Source of the DNA: Thermoplasmata archaeon
GTDB taxonomy: Archaea > Thermoplasmatota > Thermoplasmata > Lutacidiplasmatales > UBA184
DNA length: 64,000 nucleotides
NCBI GenBank assembly: GCA_052326305.1
Contig: JBKQPJ010000015.1
Coordinates: 35,208 to 99,207, forward strand
Direction: 5' to 3'
This document shows, in pieces, positions 44,139 through 54,725 of this stretch. The notes beneath the pieces were generated by a model. That model had not been told where the DNA came from. It saw nothing but the letters and a program-made list of their open reading frames with translations, and did not search any database. The position numbers and the translations under genes are program-made. The stretch's first letter is position 1. Each line of letters starts with the position of its first letter.

Positions 44139-45031
44139 CCTCCCCCGCCCGGTACCCGGAGCACCTCGAGCAGTGGCGCGAGGCGGCGCGGATCGCGGCC
44201 GGGGCCCGGGAGCTCGGGGTCCGGCTCGCCGTGCCCGGGGCGTCCCGGCGAGGGATCGCCGAGGCGGTCGAGGGGTACATCCGGGACGCCGGGGCGGAGC
44301 CGGCGTTCCCGGCGAACCTCTCCCGGAACGAGGAGGCGGCCCACTACACTCCGTACGCCGAGGATCCGTCCACGCTCGTCGAGGGCGACCTCTTGAAGGT
44401 CGACGTCGGGGCCCACATCGACGGAGCCGTCGCCGACACGGCCGACACGGTCGAGGTCGGGGGCCGCGGCCGCCACGCCCACCTGATCCGGGCCGTGCAC
44501 GACGCCGTGGAAGCGGGGATCCGCGCCGTTCGCCCGGGCGGCGCGGTCGACGACGTCAGCCGCGCGATCGCCCAGGCGATCCGGGCCCGCGGCCTGAAGC
44601 CGGTCGTCGACCTCACCGGTCACACGATCGAGCGGTACGTGCTCCACGCGGGGAAGTCGATCCCGAACGTCCCGGGGGCGACCGACGCCGTCTTCGTCGA
44701 GGGCGAGGTCGTGGCGATCGAGCCGTTCGCGACGAACGGCCTCGGTAGGATCGACAACGGTCCGTTCGGCCACATCCTGCGGTTCCGCCGTCCGCCCGGG
44801 CCGGACGACGCGGTCCTGGCCGAACTGTTCGGGCGGTTCCGAACGCTGCCGTTCACGGCCCGCTGGGCCCGGTCCCCCGAGGAGCGCGCGGCGCTCGAGC
44901 GCGCCCGGCGGACGCTCCAGTCGTACCCGATGTTCATCGAGCGCGGCGGCGGGCTCGTCGCCCAGGCGGAGCATACCGTGCTCGTCGGGCCGGAGCGCGC
45001 CGAGGTCCTGTCGGTCGCTCCCGCCGCCTGA
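44135..45031 (+). CDS. map: Methionine aminopeptidase type II
   Basis: AFPANLS.NEEAAHYT, KVDVGAHIDG.VADTA, LTGH, AIEPF, AQAEHT. Confidence 0.92.
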   Translation: MTSPARYPEHLEQWREAARIAAGARELGVRLAVPGASRRGIAEAVEGYIRDAGAEPAFPANLSRNEEAAHYTPYAEDPSTLVEGDLLKVDVGAHIDGAVADTADTVEVGGRGRHAHLIRAVHDAVEAGIRAVRPGGAVDDVSRAIAQAIRARGLKPVVDLTGHTIERYVLHAGKSIPNVPGATDAVFVEGEVVAIEPFATNGLGRIDNGPFGHILRFRRPPGPDDAVLAELFGRFRTLPFTARWARSPEERAALERARRTLQSYPMFIERGGGLVAQAEHTVLVGPERAEVLSVAPAA

Positions 45032-45127
45032 TCGGGCCTTCCCCGCCGGCGGGGTCCGTCAATTGTCGAACGGTCGGCTCGTCTTCGGCAAAATGTAAAT
45101 ACCTTGGTCCCCGGTCCACGGCTGGCC

Positions 45128-46567
45128 ATGTCCGAGAGCACGGCGGCGCCCGTGGCGCCCCCGCGCACCGGCCGCCGGAAGCCCCGCGTGGCGGCCCCGT
45201 CGCTCGCCCGTCGGAGCGAGGACGCGACGGACCAGCTGGGCCGTCGGGCCGTCGAACTGTCTCGGTTCTACGGCGGGAAGATCGAGACGGTCCCGAAGGT
45301 GCCGGTCCGATCGTTGCACGACTTCGCCCTCTGGTACTCCCCCGGCGTCGCGGAGGTCTCCCGGGCGATCCACCGCGAGGCGGAGCTGTCGTTCGAGCTG
45401 ACCGGGCGGTGGAACACGGTCGCCATCGTCACGGACGGCTCGCGCGTCCTCGGGCTCGGCGACATCGGCCCTACGGCCGCGCTCCCGGTCATGGAGGGGA
45501 AGGCCCTCCTCTTCAAGTTCCTGGGCGGGGTCGATGCCGTGCCGATCCCGATCCGGGTCGCTTCTCCGGACCAGTTCATGTCGACCGTCGAGGCGATCGC
45601 CCCCGCGTTCGGCGGCATCAACCTCGAGGACATCGCCTCCCCGAAGTGCTTCGGCATCCTCGAGGAGCTGTCGAAGCGCCTCGAGATCCCGGTCTGGCAC
45701 GACGATCAGCTCGGGACCGCCGCCGCGACGGTGGCGGGCCTGATCAACGCCCTCACCCTCACGGGGCGCTCGGTCCGCGAGATCCGTACCGTCCTCCTCG
45801 GGGCCGGCGCCGCGAACGTCGCGACGGCCCGGCTGCTGCTCGCCCTCGGCCAGGACCCCCGCCGGCTCTCGCTCGTCGACCGCGAGGGGATCCTGCACGC
45901 GGAACGCGACGACGTCGACGAGCTGATGGTCCGCAACCCGTGGAAGTACCGCCTCGCCCTCCGGACCAACGGGGGCGGCCGGACCGGGGACCTGTCGGCC
46001 GCGCTCGCGGAGGCGGACGTCCTCGTCGCGGCCTCCACGCCGACCCCGGGGTCGGTCCGGCCCGAGCAGATCCGGGCGATGGCGCACGACCCGATCGTCT
46101 TCGCCCTCGCGAACCCGGATCCCGAGATCTGGCCGGACGAGGCCCGCGCCGCGGGGGCGGCGATCGTCGCGACCGGTCGCAGTGACTTCCCGAACCAGGT
46201 GAACAACTCGCTGGTCTTCCCCGCGGTGTTCCGCGGGGTCCTCGACGCGCGCGCCAAGTCGATCCCGGACGAGATCGTGCTCTCCGCGGCCCGGGAGCTC
46301 GCCCGGGGGGCGGAGCGGCGGGGGCTGAGCTCCCATCACCTCCTCCCGACGATGGAGGAACCCGAGGTCTTTCCCGAGATCGCGGCGGCGGTCGGGGACG
46401 CGTCGGTCCGCCTCGGGATCGCCCGGCATCGCCTCTCGCACGACGAGTTCCTCGCGCGCGCCCGGAACCTGATGGGTCGGTCGGCGCGCCTGGTGCGGGC
46501 CCTCAGCCGGGCCGGGCTGACCTCTCCCATGCCCCGCGCGCCGGGCCCGCGAAGGAGGGCGGCATGA
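45128..46567 (+). CDS. NAD(P)-dependent malic enzyme
   Basis: YSPGVA, VTDGSRVLGLGDIG, PVMEGK, INLEDI, HDDQLGT, ALANPDPEI, TGRSDFPNQVNN. Confidence 0.92.
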   Translation: MSESTAAPVAPPRTGRRKPRVAAPSLARRSEDATDQLGRRAVELSRFYGGKIETVPKVPVRSLHDFALWYSPGVAEVSRAIHREAELSFELTGRWNTVAIVTDGSRVLGLGDIGPTAALPVMEGKALLFKFLGGVDAVPIPIRVASPDQFMSTVEAIAPAFGGINLEDIASPKCFGILEELSKRLEIPVWHDDQLGTAAATVAGLINALTLTGRSVREIRTVLLGAGAANVATARLLLALGQDPRRLSLVDREGILHAERDDVDELMVRNPWKYRLALRTNGGGRTGDLSAALAEADVLVAASTPTPGSVRPEQIRAMAHDPIVFALANPDPEIWPDEARAAGAAIVATGRSDFPNQVNNSLVFPAVFRGVLDARAKSIPDEIVLSAARELARGAERRGLSSHHLLPTMEEPEVFPEIAAAVGDASVRLGIARHRLSHDEFLARARNLMGRSARLVRALSRAGLTSPMPRAPGPRRRAA

Positions 46568-47100
46568 CGGCGGACGAGGCCGCCCACCCCCCCGATCCGA
46601 CCGCCGCGAAGGCCCCGGCCGCCCCGATCCATCTCCGGCCCGCGCGGGAGGCCGATATCCCTGCGATCGTGCCCCTCCTGCTGCGGTTGAAGCGGCTCAA
46701 CGAAGAGTTCGACCCGCTCCTAAAGGTCCGCGAGGACGCCGAGGCCCAGGCCCGGCAGGTGCTCCACCAGCAGATCGGCGACCCGAAGGCGGTCCTCCTC
46801 GCGGCCGAGGGGATCGGCCCGGACATCGGCAAGGTCGTCGGGTTCGTGCGGGCGGTCGTCCGCGAGCGCCCGTTCTACGCCCCCGAGTTCGAAGGGGTGA
46901 TCCTCGACATCTATCTCCTGCCGCTCTACCGCCGCCGGAGCGTCGGCGAGTTCCTTCTCCGCGAGGTCTCCGCCGCCCTGAAAGCGAAAGGGGCCGGGAT
47001 CGTCACCGCCGAGTTCCCGGCGCAGAACGAGATCGCCCTCCGGTTCTACGCGAAGCGCGGGTTCCGCCCGGTCACGGCGATCCACGCCCGCACGCTCTAG
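46564..47100 (+). CDS. GNAT N-acetyltransferase
   Basis: YRRRSVGEFL, NEIALRFYAKRGF. Confidence 0.85.
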   Translation: MTADEAAHPPDPTAAKAPAAPIHLRPAREADIPAIVPLLLRLKRLNEEFDPLLKVREDAEAQARQVLHQQIGDPKAVLLAAEGIGPDIGKVVGFVRAVVRERPFYAPEFEGVILDIYLLPLYRRRSVGEFLLREVSAALKAKGAGIVTAEFPAQNEIALRFYAKRGFRPVTAIHARTL

Positions 47101-47121
47101 CGACCCCTTCGTCGATCGGGG

Positions 47122-47607
47122 TCACCGATCGGGCCCGGGGGGTCCGGTGACGATCGTCGGTTCGCACCGCACCGGGAAGTTGACCGAGTTGGCGATGAAG
47201 CACTTGCGATGCGCGGAATCGTGGAGCGACCGGGCCGTCGCCGGGTCGCCCTGCGAGATCCGCACCCGGGGACGGAGCACGACCTCGGTGAATCGCCCGC
47301 CGCCGTCGTCCCCCTCGACCATCGTCCCGGAGGCCGGGTCGACGTACTCGACGACCACCACGCCCCCCACGGAGCACAGGTGCAGGTACCACAACATGTG
47401 ACACGCCGAGAGCGCGGCCACGAGCAGTTCCTCGGGATCGTACCGGGAAGGATCGCCGCGGAACGCCGGGGCCGAGGAGCCCGGGATCGCGGGCTTGTCG
47501 GGGGACCGAACCGTGTGGGAGCGACTGTACGCCCGGTAGTCGCTCGTCCCGGTCCCCCGGTCGCCGGTCCAACGGACCTCCGCGCGGAACGAGTGGACCC
47601 GGGCCAC
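47122..47607 (-). CDS. OsmC-like peroxiredoxin
   Basis: PEELLVAALSACHMLWYL, HRKCFIANSV; GTG start inferred. Confidence 0.85.
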   Translation of the reverse strand: MARVHSFRAEVRWTGDRGTGTSDYRAYSRSHTVRSPDKPAIPGSSAPAFRGDPSRYDPEELLVAALSACHMLWYLHLCSVGGVVVVEYVDPASGTMVEGDDGGGRFTEVVLRPRVRISQGDPATARSLHDSAHRKCFIANSVNFPVRCEPTIVTGPPGPDR

Positions 47608-47728
47608 GAGGGGTGGACCTCCCGGCCCCCTACGACCGGGCGCGGAGAAGAGATCTACGGCGGTGCGCGCGGACCGCCGTCGGGGTCGGACCGACTCCCT
47701 CTTGCGCCGAGGAGGATAGGAGGCCGGC

Positions 47729-48415
47729 ATGCGGGTCATCCTGTTCGGCGCCTCTGGGATGGTCGGGCAGGGGGTCCTGAGGGAATGCCTGCTCGATCCG
47801 GCGGTCGAGACCGTCCTCTGCGTCGGACGCCGTCCGCTCGGGCAGTCGTCGGAAAAGCTACGGGAGCTCGTCCGGTCCGACCTCACCGACCTTTCCGAGG
47901 TGGAGGATCGGCTGCGGGGCTACGATGCGTGCTTCTTCTGCCTCGGGGCCTCTTCCGTCGGAATGGCCGAGGCCCAGTACCGCCGCGTCACCTACGGCCT
48001 CACGATTTCGGTCGCGCGGACGCTCGCGCGCCTCGATCCCGGGATGACGTTCGTTTACGTCTCCGGGGCCGGCACCGACCGCACCGAGCGCGGGCGGAGC
48101 ATGTGGGCGCGCGTCAAGGGGCAGACCGAGAACGCCCTCCTGCAGATGCCGTTCCGGGCCGCGTACATGTTCCGCCCGGGGATCATCCGGCCGCTCCACG
48201 GCATCCGGTCGAAGACGGCCGGCTACCGGGTCGCCTACCTCGTGCTGGGCCCGTTCCTCTGGGTCGTCCGGCAGGTCGCGCCGGGCTCGATGACCACGAC
48301 CGAGTCGGTCGGTCGCGCCATGATCCGGGTCGCGCAGCACGGCGCGCCGAAACCGCTCCTCGGCACATCGGAGATCAACCAGCTCGGGTCGACGGCGCCC
48401 GGTCCCGCCCCGTAG
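47729..48415 (+). CDS. NAD(P)H-binding epimerase/oxidoreductase
   Basis: GASGMVG, YDACFFCLG, WARVKGQTEN. Confidence 0.85.
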   Translation: MRVILFGASGMVGQGVLRECLLDPAVETVLCVGRRPLGQSSEKLRELVRSDLTDLSEVEDRLRGYDACFFCLGASSVGMAEAQYRRVTYGLTISVARTLARLDPGMTFVYVSGAGTDRTERGRSMWARVKGQTENALLQMPFRAAYMFRPGIIRPLHGIRSKTAGYRVAYLVLGPFLWVVRQVAPGSMTTTESVGRAMIRVAQHGAPKPLLGTSEINQLGSTAPGPAP

Positions 48416-48465
48416 GGGCGGCGTTCTCCCGCGAACGTTAAGCGGGTCGGCACTCGTCGGTCGTC

Positions 48466-49425
48466 ATGCCGAAGCCGACCGCGGCGTCCGCTCCCGCCGC
48501 CCCCGTGTTCCTGCGACGGGGGAAGGTGAAGGAGGTCTACGAGCTGTCGCCGACCGAGCTCGAGTTCCGCTTCACGAACGACATCTCCGTCTTCGACAAG
48601 CACATCCCGAGCGAGATCCCGTTCAAGGGCGAGACGCTCGCCCGGACCGCGGCCCACTGGTTCAAGATGTGCTCCCGGCACGGGATCCCCCACCACTTCC
48701 TCGGTCTCTCGGGGCCGACCTCGATGCGGGTCCGGCGGGTACGGATCGTTCCCCGCCCCCGCACCCTCGGTCCGCATCCGACCGACTACCTGGTGCCGCT
48801 CGAGGTGATCGTCCGGTACTACCTCGCGGGGTCGCTCTGGGACCGCGTGCGCTCCGGCCAGGTGTCGGCCCGGGACCTCGGGTTCCCGACCGACCGCTCG
48901 CTCGCGTACGGCCTGCCGCTCCCCGCGCCGCGCTTCGAGGTGACGACCAAGCTCGAGCCGGTCGATCGACTGCTCACGATCCCCGACGCGCTCGAGCTCG
49001 CGGCCCTCGACCGGCCCCAGCTCGAGTCGATCCACGAGACGATCCTGAAGATCGACGCGGCGATGGAGGCGGAGATCGAGCCGCGGGGGTTGCTGCACGT
49101 CGACGGGAAGAAGGAGTTCGCCGTCGACGCGGAAGGCCAGTTGATGGTCGTCGACACCTTCGGCACGGCCGACGAGGACCGGTTCTGGGACAAGGACGAT
49201 TTCGCGCGGGGCCGCCAGGTCGACTTCTCGAAGGAGTTCGTCCGCCAGCACTACCGCCAGACCGGCTATTACGGCGAGCTCCAGCGCGCCCGCGAGGCCC
49301 ACGCCTCCGAACCCCCGATCCCGGCCCTTCCTCCCCTCCTGGTCGACGAGGTGAGCCGCCTCTACACGACGGTCTTCCAGCGGTTGACGGGCGAGCCGTT
49401 CGTCACGCAGGGCGCCCTGACGTAG
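48466..49425 (+). CDS. purC: SAICAR synthetase
   Basis: GKVKEVY, DISVFD, PLEVIVR, TTKLE, VDGKKEF, DEDRFW, SKEFVR. Confidence 0.92.
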   Translation: MPKPTAASAPAAPVFLRRGKVKEVYELSPTELEFRFTNDISVFDKHIPSEIPFKGETLARTAAHWFKMCSRHGIPHHFLGLSGPTSMRVRRVRIVPRPRTLGPHPTDYLVPLEVIVRYYLAGSLWDRVRSGQVSARDLGFPTDRSLAYGLPLPAPRFEVTTKLEPVDRLLTIPDALELAALDRPQLESIHETILKIDAAMEAEIEPRGLLHVDGKKEFAVDAEGQLMVVDTFGTADEDRFWDKDDFARGRQVDFSKEFVRQHYRQTGYYGELQRAREAHASEPPIPALPPLLVDEVSRLYTTVFQRLTGEPFVTQGALT

Positions 49426-49497
49426 CCGGGCCCATCGCCCACCGTTTCGCGACCTCTCCCCGCACCCTTATCTCCCGCGGGCCCGGTCCGTCCGGTC

Positions 49498-50496
49498 GTG
49501 CCCGCCAAATCGCCCTCACGCAACGCCGGTTCCGGATCCTCCGACGCCGAGCCCCGAGAGGAGGTCGCGCTCGAGGACCTCTCGGGTGTCGGCGAAACGA
49601 CCGCCACGAAGCTCCGCGAGGCCGGGTACACCGACCTGATGGAGCTCGCCGTCGCCTCCCCCGGCGACATCGCCGAGGCCGCGGAGATCGGGGTCGTCAT
49701 CGCGCAGAAGATTATCGGCGAGGCCCGCCGCCGGGCGGACGTCGGCGGCTTCGAGAGCGGCACGACGCTGCTCGAGCGGCGCAAGAAGCTCGGGCGGGTC
49801 ACGACGAACTCGAAGGCGCTCGACGAGCTGCTGGGCGGGGGCGTCGAGACCCAGGCGATCTCCGAGTTCTCCGGGGAGTTCGGGACCGGGAAGACCCAGC
49901 TGGGGCACCAGATCGCGGTGGATGTGCAGCTCCCGGCCGCGCAGGGAGGGCTCTCGGGGGAGGTCGTCTACATCGACACCGAGAGCACGTTCCGCCCCGA
50001 GCGCATCGTCGACATGGCGAAGGGCGCCGGCATCGACCCCGAGGCGGCGCTCGGCCACATCCACGTCGCGCGCGCGTTCAACTCGAACCACCAGATGCTC
50101 CTCGTCCAGAAGGCCCAGGAGCTCGCCCGCGAGAAGCCGATCCGACTTCTCGTCGTCGATTCCCTGACGGCCCATTTCCGCGCGGAGTACCTGGGCCGGG
50201 GCGAGCTGGCGCCGCGGCAGCAGATGCTCAACAAGCACCTCCACGAGCTCTTGCGCTTCTCGGACATGTACAACGCCGCGATCGTCGTGACGAACCAGGT
50301 CTCGTCGCGGCCGGACGTGCTCTTTGGGGACCCGACCCGCCCCATCGGCGGGAACATCGTCGCCCACGCGGCGACGTACCGGGTCTACCTGCGGAAGTCG
50401 AAGCCCCCGCGACGGATCGCCCGCCTGATCGATTCGCCGAACCTCCCCGAGGGGGAGGCGGTCTTCTCCCTCACGACCGAGGGGATCCGCGACTAG
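49498..50496 (+). CDS. radA: DNA repair and recombination protein RadA
   Basis: [42 protein letters not shown]. Confidence 0.95.
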   Translation: MPAKSPSRNAGSGSSDAEPREEVALEDLSGVGETTATKLREAGYTDLMELAVASPGDIAEAAEIGVVIAQKIIGEARRRADVGGFESGTTLLERRKKLGRVTTNSKALDELLGGGVETQAISEFSGEFGTGKTQLGHQIAVDVQLPAAQGGLSGEVVYIDTESTFRPERIVDMAKGAGIDPEAALGHIHVARAFNSNHQMLLVQKAQELAREKPIRLLVVDSLTAHFRAEYLGRGELAPRQQMLNKHLHELLRFSDMYNAAIVVTNQVSSRPDVLFGDPTRPIGGNIVAHAATYRVYLRKSKPPRRIARLIDSPNLPEGEAVFSLTTEGIRD

Positions 50497-51157
50497 CCCG
50501 CCCCGGGGACCGCCCGATGCGGCGGAGCGCGGTCGCCTTCACGTAGAGGAAGACCCGGCGCCCGGGGGCGAGGCCGAGCGTCCGGACCGGCTCGGCGGTG
50601 ACGGCGACCGTGAGTCGGATCGGACCGGCCCGGGCCACGACGAGCCGGCCGAACGGGACGGCCCCGGGTCGCACGGACTCTACCGTCGCCGCCACGACGT
50701 TGCGCGCGCTCGAGGGGAACCGCTCCCGGGCGACCACGATCGCCTCGGGCTCGAGGAGCAGGCGGAGGCGCTCCCCGTCGACGCCGGCGAACGCGACCCG
50801 GAGGGCGAGCGAGCCGTAGAGCTCGACCCGGGGGGGCGGCCCGGCGCGGTACGTCCCGGCCAGCAGGTTGACCGGCGCCGCCACGCGGCGGCGCGCGAGC
50901 AGCTCGAGGATGTCGAACCCCCCGTGGGCGATCCGGTCCCCGAGCGGGGTCAGGAGCGTCCCCCCGTGGCCCGTGCCGCCCCGCTCCGCCGCGACGACCG
51001 GGCCGCCGAACGCCCGCGCGAGGCGTCGAAGGTGGTAGTTCGCCCGGTCGCGCGAGATCCCGAGATCCCGGGCGGCGGCGACGACGGTCGTCGTCCGGCC
51101 GATCCGTTCGAGGAGCGCCACGTCGAGCGAGCTGATGACGTGCGGTCGGTCGGTCAC
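50471..51157 (-). CDS. ModE-like HTH plus TOBE molybdate-responsive regulator
   Basis: [35 protein letters not shown]. Confidence 0.8.
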   Translation of the reverse strand: MTDRPHVISSLDVALLERIGRTTTVVAAARDLGISRDRANYHLRRLARAFGGPVVAAERGGTGHGGTLLTPLGDRIAHGGFDILELLARRRVAAPVNLLAGTYRAGPPPRVELYGSLALRVAFAGVDGERLRLLLEPEAIVVARERFPSSARNVVAATVESVRPGAVPFGRLVVARAGPIRLTVAVTAEPVRTLGLAPGRRVFLYVKATALRRIGRSPGRASRGSPRS

Positions 51158-52194
51158 GGCTCTCCCGGGGGGGTACGCCCGGACGCGCCGAGGGCGCATA
51201 GCTCGCCGGGGTCGAGGTCGAAGCCGATCGACGCCCCCGAGACCGGCGGTCGCACGTTCGGCGTGCGGGGGCAGCGCAGCGTGAGGGGGAGCCCGTCCGC
51301 GAGGACCTCGACGACGACTCCGTGGGGGGTCGGCCGCGCGCTCCGGACCACGCCGGTCCAGCGCCGGGGGCTCCGGTCGGCGGCCGCTCCCGGGGCGGCG
51401 AACGCCACTCCCTCCGGTCCGGCGTGACCGAGCAGCCAGGACGCGAGCCCCGACGCGGGGGCCGCCTCGAGCTGGGGCCGGTCGAAGACGTTCTCGAAGC
51501 CGACGAACCGCGCGGCGAACGCGTTCGGCGGGGCGTCGAGCAAGGTCGTGGCGTCGCTCGCGAACTCCACCCGACCCTGGCGGAGCAGGAGGAACCGGTC
51601 GGCGAGGGAGAACGCGAGGGACGGGTCGTGCGTCACCACCACCACGGGCACCCGTTCGGTCTCCCGTAGATCGTGCAGCACCCGCCCGAGGTCGTGGCGG
51701 GCCTCGACGTCGAGGGCCTGCCACGGTTCGTCCCAGAGGATCAGCTCCGGATCGGCCGCGAGGGTCCGGGCGAGCGCCACGCGCTGCGCTTCCCCGCCGC
51801 TCAGTTGGCCGGGGTGGCGGTCCGCGAGCCCTACGAGCGAGAAGCGCTCGAGCAGTTCCCGGGTCCGGGTCCGCGCGTCGGTCCGTTCCCGCAGCTCGAG
51901 GGGGTAGCGGACGTTCCGCTCGACCGTCCGGTGGGGGAAGAGGCCGAGCCCCTGGGGCACGTACCCGAGCCCCCGGCGCTCCGGGAACCAATCGGTGACC
52001 TCGGTGCCGTCGCGCAGGATCCGGCCCCGGTCGGCCGCCAGGAACCCGGCGAGCGTGCGCAAAAGGGTCGTCTTGCCGGCCCCGGAGCGTCCGAGCACCG
52101 CGACCGCGCCCCCGGGGGCGAGGGTGAGGTCGACCGGACCGAGGTGGAACCCTCCGAGGTCGCTTTCGAGCGACTCGATGACCCAGGAGCTCAT
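51154..52194 (-). CDS. wtpC: Molybdate/tungstate ABC transporter ATP-binding protein
   Basis: GRSGAGKTT, LSGGEAQR, ILWDEP, VTHD. Confidence 0.85.
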   Translation of the reverse strand: MSSWVIESLESDLGGFHLGPVDLTLAPGGAVAVLGRSGAGKTTLLRTLAGFLAADRGRILRDGTEVTDWFPERRGLGYVPQGLGLFPHRTVERNVRYPLELRERTDARTRTRELLERFSLVGLADRHPGQLSGGEAQRVALARTLAADPELILWDEPWQALDVEARHDLGRVLHDLRETERVPVVVVTHDPSLAFSLADRFLLLRQGRVEFASDATTLLDAPPNAFAARFVGFENVFDRPQLEAAPASGLASWLLGHAGPEGVAFAAPGAAADRSPRRWTGVVRSARPTPHGVVVEVLADGLPLTLRCPRTPNVRPPVSGASIGFDLDPGELCALGASGRTPPGEP

Positions 52195-53087
52195 CCGCCG
52201 AGCTCCCCCCGGCCCCACGGGAGCCGGCCGTAGCGTTCCGCGAGCCGAACCGCGAGGAAGAGCCCGAAGGCGAGGAGGAGGAACAGCGAGCTGATCGCCG
52301 CGGCACCCGGATAGTCCCCGAGCTGGACGATGTTGTAGACGTAGACGGAGATCGTCGTGGTGACCGGCCCGGAGTAGAGGCCGCTCGGGTAGACGACCCA
52401 CGCGAGGATCAACAGGCCGCCGATCTCGCTGACCGCCCGCGCCCAGGTGAGCAGGAGGCCCGCGACGATGCCGCGGAGCGCGATCGGCAGGGTCACCGTC
52501 ACGAACGCATCGGGGCCCCCCGCCCCCAGCGAGCGGGCGGCCTCGACGACGCGCCCGTCGACCGCGCGGAACGACAGATCGCTCGCGAGGACGGTGTACG
52601 GGGCGCTCACGAACACGAGGACCAGGACGACCCCGAGGACCGTGTCGTAGACCGGTAGGCCGAGGGCCGCCGTGACGTGGTGGAGGGTCGTTCCCGGGGC
52701 GAACAGGAGGAAGAGGCCGAACCCGACCAGGAGGTGGGGCACGACGACCGGGAGCGCGACCACCGATTCGACGATCGCGCGGCCCCGAAAGGCGCGCCGG
52801 GCGAGCAGGTATCCGAGCGGGATCCCGAAGACGGCGGCGACCAGGACCGCGACGCCCGAGGCATAGAAGGTCAGCCAGATCGACGCCCAGACGCCGGGGC
52901 TCCCCGCGGTCGCGAGGAATCGGGGGAGGGTCGCCTCGCGGAAGAGCGCGTAGATGGGAAGCAGGAACAGCAGCAGGAGCGACGCCGAGAGGATCGCCTG
53001 AACGAAGGTCCACGGCGATAGCCGGCGTCCCCGATGCGGACCCGAGGGCTTCGATCCGCCCGTCAAGGGAGGAGCGCGCTCGCCCAC
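52191..53087 (-). CDS. wtpB: Molybdate/tungstate ABC transporter permease
   Basis: Multiple TMs; EAARSLGA, WARAVSEIG. Confidence 0.85.
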   Translation of the reverse strand: MGERAPPLTGGSKPSGPHRGRRLSPWTFVQAILSASLLLLFLLPIYALFREATLPRFLATAGSPGVWASIWLTFYASGVAVLVAAVFGIPLGYLLARRAFRGRAIVESVVALPVVVPHLLVGFGLFLLFAPGTTLHHVTAALGLPVYDTVLGVVLVLVFVSAPYTVLASDLSFRAVDGRVVEAARSLGAGGPDAFVTVTLPIALRGIVAGLLLTWARAVSEIGGLLILAWVVYPSGLYSGPVTTTISVYVYNIVQLGDYPGAAAISSLFLLLAFGLFLAVRLAERYGRLPWGRGELGG

Positions 53088-54187
53088 CCCGGCATGGGTA
53101 CCACGTCCGGGGCGAGTATGGAAGGCACCGGGGCCGGCGAGCTCGGCAGGATCCAGCCCGGGAAGATGGGGGTGAACGCACCGCCCGCGCTCAGGATCGC
53201 GCTCCCCTGCGGAGAGAGGAGCAGGTGAAGGAACGCGAGGCCGAGGGTCGGGTTGGGGGCGTCGTACGGCACGGTGACGGCGAACACGACCGGGGCCGCG
53301 TGGACGGCCGTCGTACCGCCGGTGGACGTCTCGATCGTGGTCGCCAGGCCGTGGTAGTAGGAGAGCGCCGTCGAATTGTTCGCCCCGAGACCGACGATCG
53401 GATTGAACGAGACGAAGCTCAGGTGGTTCGCGACCGCGTACGACCGGTAGGTGATCACCGCGGAGACGGTGCCTTTCGCGATCAGCGAGGCGGCCGCCGA
53501 CTCGTGCTCGGGGAGGATGAGGCTCGGGTTGGAGATCGGTCGGGCCAACCGCCAGGGGGAGTTCGAGTAGAAGTGGCTGTAGACCGAGAGGTTGCTACCG
53601 TTGTAGATCTCGCCCTGAAGCTCCAGGCTGAAGATCTCGTTGTAGCCGTTCGGGTCGGTCGAAGCGTTCCAGACGCCGAACGGAGCGGCGCCGCCCGATA
53701 TCGCGTTGACGAGCTTCCAACCCCAGTTGGAGGTGTTGATCCCATCGAAGGCGGTGAGGATCGGGTTGTACGCGAGCACCTCCGGCGTCATTCCGAACGC
53801 CACCTCAAAGCCGGTGTACTGGGGCTCGAGGTCCTGGGGGATCAGGCGGAAGTCGGCGACCGCCGCCACGTCGGCCTTGGCGGCGGATCCCGTGAAGGCG
53901 TTCACGACGTCGAGCGATCCTTCGTAATCCTGGGCCGCGACCGGGGCGGTGATCCCCGGGGTCTCGTTCACGAGGAGGCTGGCGAGGCTCGGGAAGAGGC
54001 CCACCGGCTGGCCCGAGGGGAGGTCGTGGCCGCCGAGGGTGCCGGCCGCGAGGATCGAGAGCGTCGAGTTGGCGACCGTGGAGGAGGACGCCGCGGCATG
54101 GTAGTGCCCTACGAAGTAGCCCACGCCCCCCGCTCCGGCTCCGACCACGACGACGACCACGACCCACGCTAGGGTTTTGGCGAGCAT
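53063..54187 (-). CDS. wtpA: Molybdate/tungstate ABC substrate-binding protein
   Basis: N-terminal TM; AAGTL, GSL, ADV..VAD, DPNGY, YRSYA. Confidence 0.8.
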   Translation of the reverse strand: MLAKTLAWVVVVVVVGAGAGGVGYFVGHYHAAASSSTVANSTLSILAAGTLGGHDLPSGQPVGLFPSLASLLVNETPGITAPVAAQDYEGSLDVVNAFTGSAAKADVAAVADFRLIPQDLEPQYTGFEVAFGMTPEVLAYNPILTAFDGINTSNWGWKLVNAISGGAAPFGVWNASTDPNGYNEIFSLELQGEIYNGSNLSVYSHFYSNSPWRLARPISNPSLILPEHESAAASLIAKGTVSAVITYRSYAVANHLSFVSFNPIVGLGANNSTALSYYHGLATTIETSTGGTTAVHAAPVVFAVTVPYDAPNPTLGLAFLHLLLSPQGSAILSAGGAFTPIFPGWILPSSPAPVPSILAPDVVPMPGWASALLP

Positions 54188-54210
54188 CGATGTGCCATAA
54201 TGACACATCG
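54188..54210 (-). promoter_or_regulatory. Palindromic operator CGATGTGCCAT-A-ATGACACATCG directly before wtpA (likely site of the ModE-like regulator)
   Basis: 10 of 11 positions inverted-matched; abuts start codon. Confidence 0.65.
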
Positions 54211-54239
54211 GATAACGGCTTGGGGGGGGGCCTCGGGCG

Positions 54240-54695
54240 CTAGAGCTCCCCGCGGCGGCCCGCGGGCGCGTAGCGCCAGTAGACCTTCCCGATCAGCTTC
54301 TCGACCGGCACCGGTCCGAACCTCCGGCTGTCTCGGGCCGGCCCGGGGGCGTCCGATGCGACGAGCACCATCCCCGGCGGGGCCTCCGGGGAGGGGTGGC
54401 CGATGTCGGTGAGATCCGGCCCCGAGGGGACGGATCCCGGCCCGACGGCCGCGACCCGTTTCACGAGCCATCGGGTGGGCGCTTCGGGGTCGACGAGCAC
54501 CACCAGGTCCCCGACCCTCGGTCCCCGGTTCCGGTACGCCCGCCGGTCCACCAGGAGCCGGTCGCCCGGTCGAAGCGTCGGCCACATGCTCTCGTCGTGC
54601 ACCACGACGCGTTGCCTCCACCACCACCGTACGCGGCGGGGGACCTCCGCCGCCGTGCCCGCCACCGCTCGGGCGGCGGCGTTGGCGTCCGGCAT
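54240..54695 (-). CDS. sodX: Nickel-type SOD maturation protease (S26)
   Basis: SMWPTLRPGD, LVKRV, DSRRFGPV; divergent from sodN. Confidence 0.85.
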   Translation of the reverse strand: MPDANAAARAVAGTAAEVPRRVRWWWRQRVVVHDESMWPTLRPGDRLLVDRRAYRNRGPRVGDLVVLVDPEAPTRWLVKRVAAVGPGSVPSGPDLTDIGHPSPEAPPGMVLVASDAPGPARDSRRFGPVPVEKLIGKVYWRYAPAGRRGEL

Positions 54696-54725
54696 CTTTA
54701 TCCTACCTCCGTGGCTCGCGGGGAC

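Noticed and set aside
51154..53181. Apparent fusion ORFs in the ABC operon (51154-53181, 50471-52306) and at 7070-9637
   Set aside because: Upstream parts are off-frame translations of neighbouring genes; real starts occur at stop/start overlaps.
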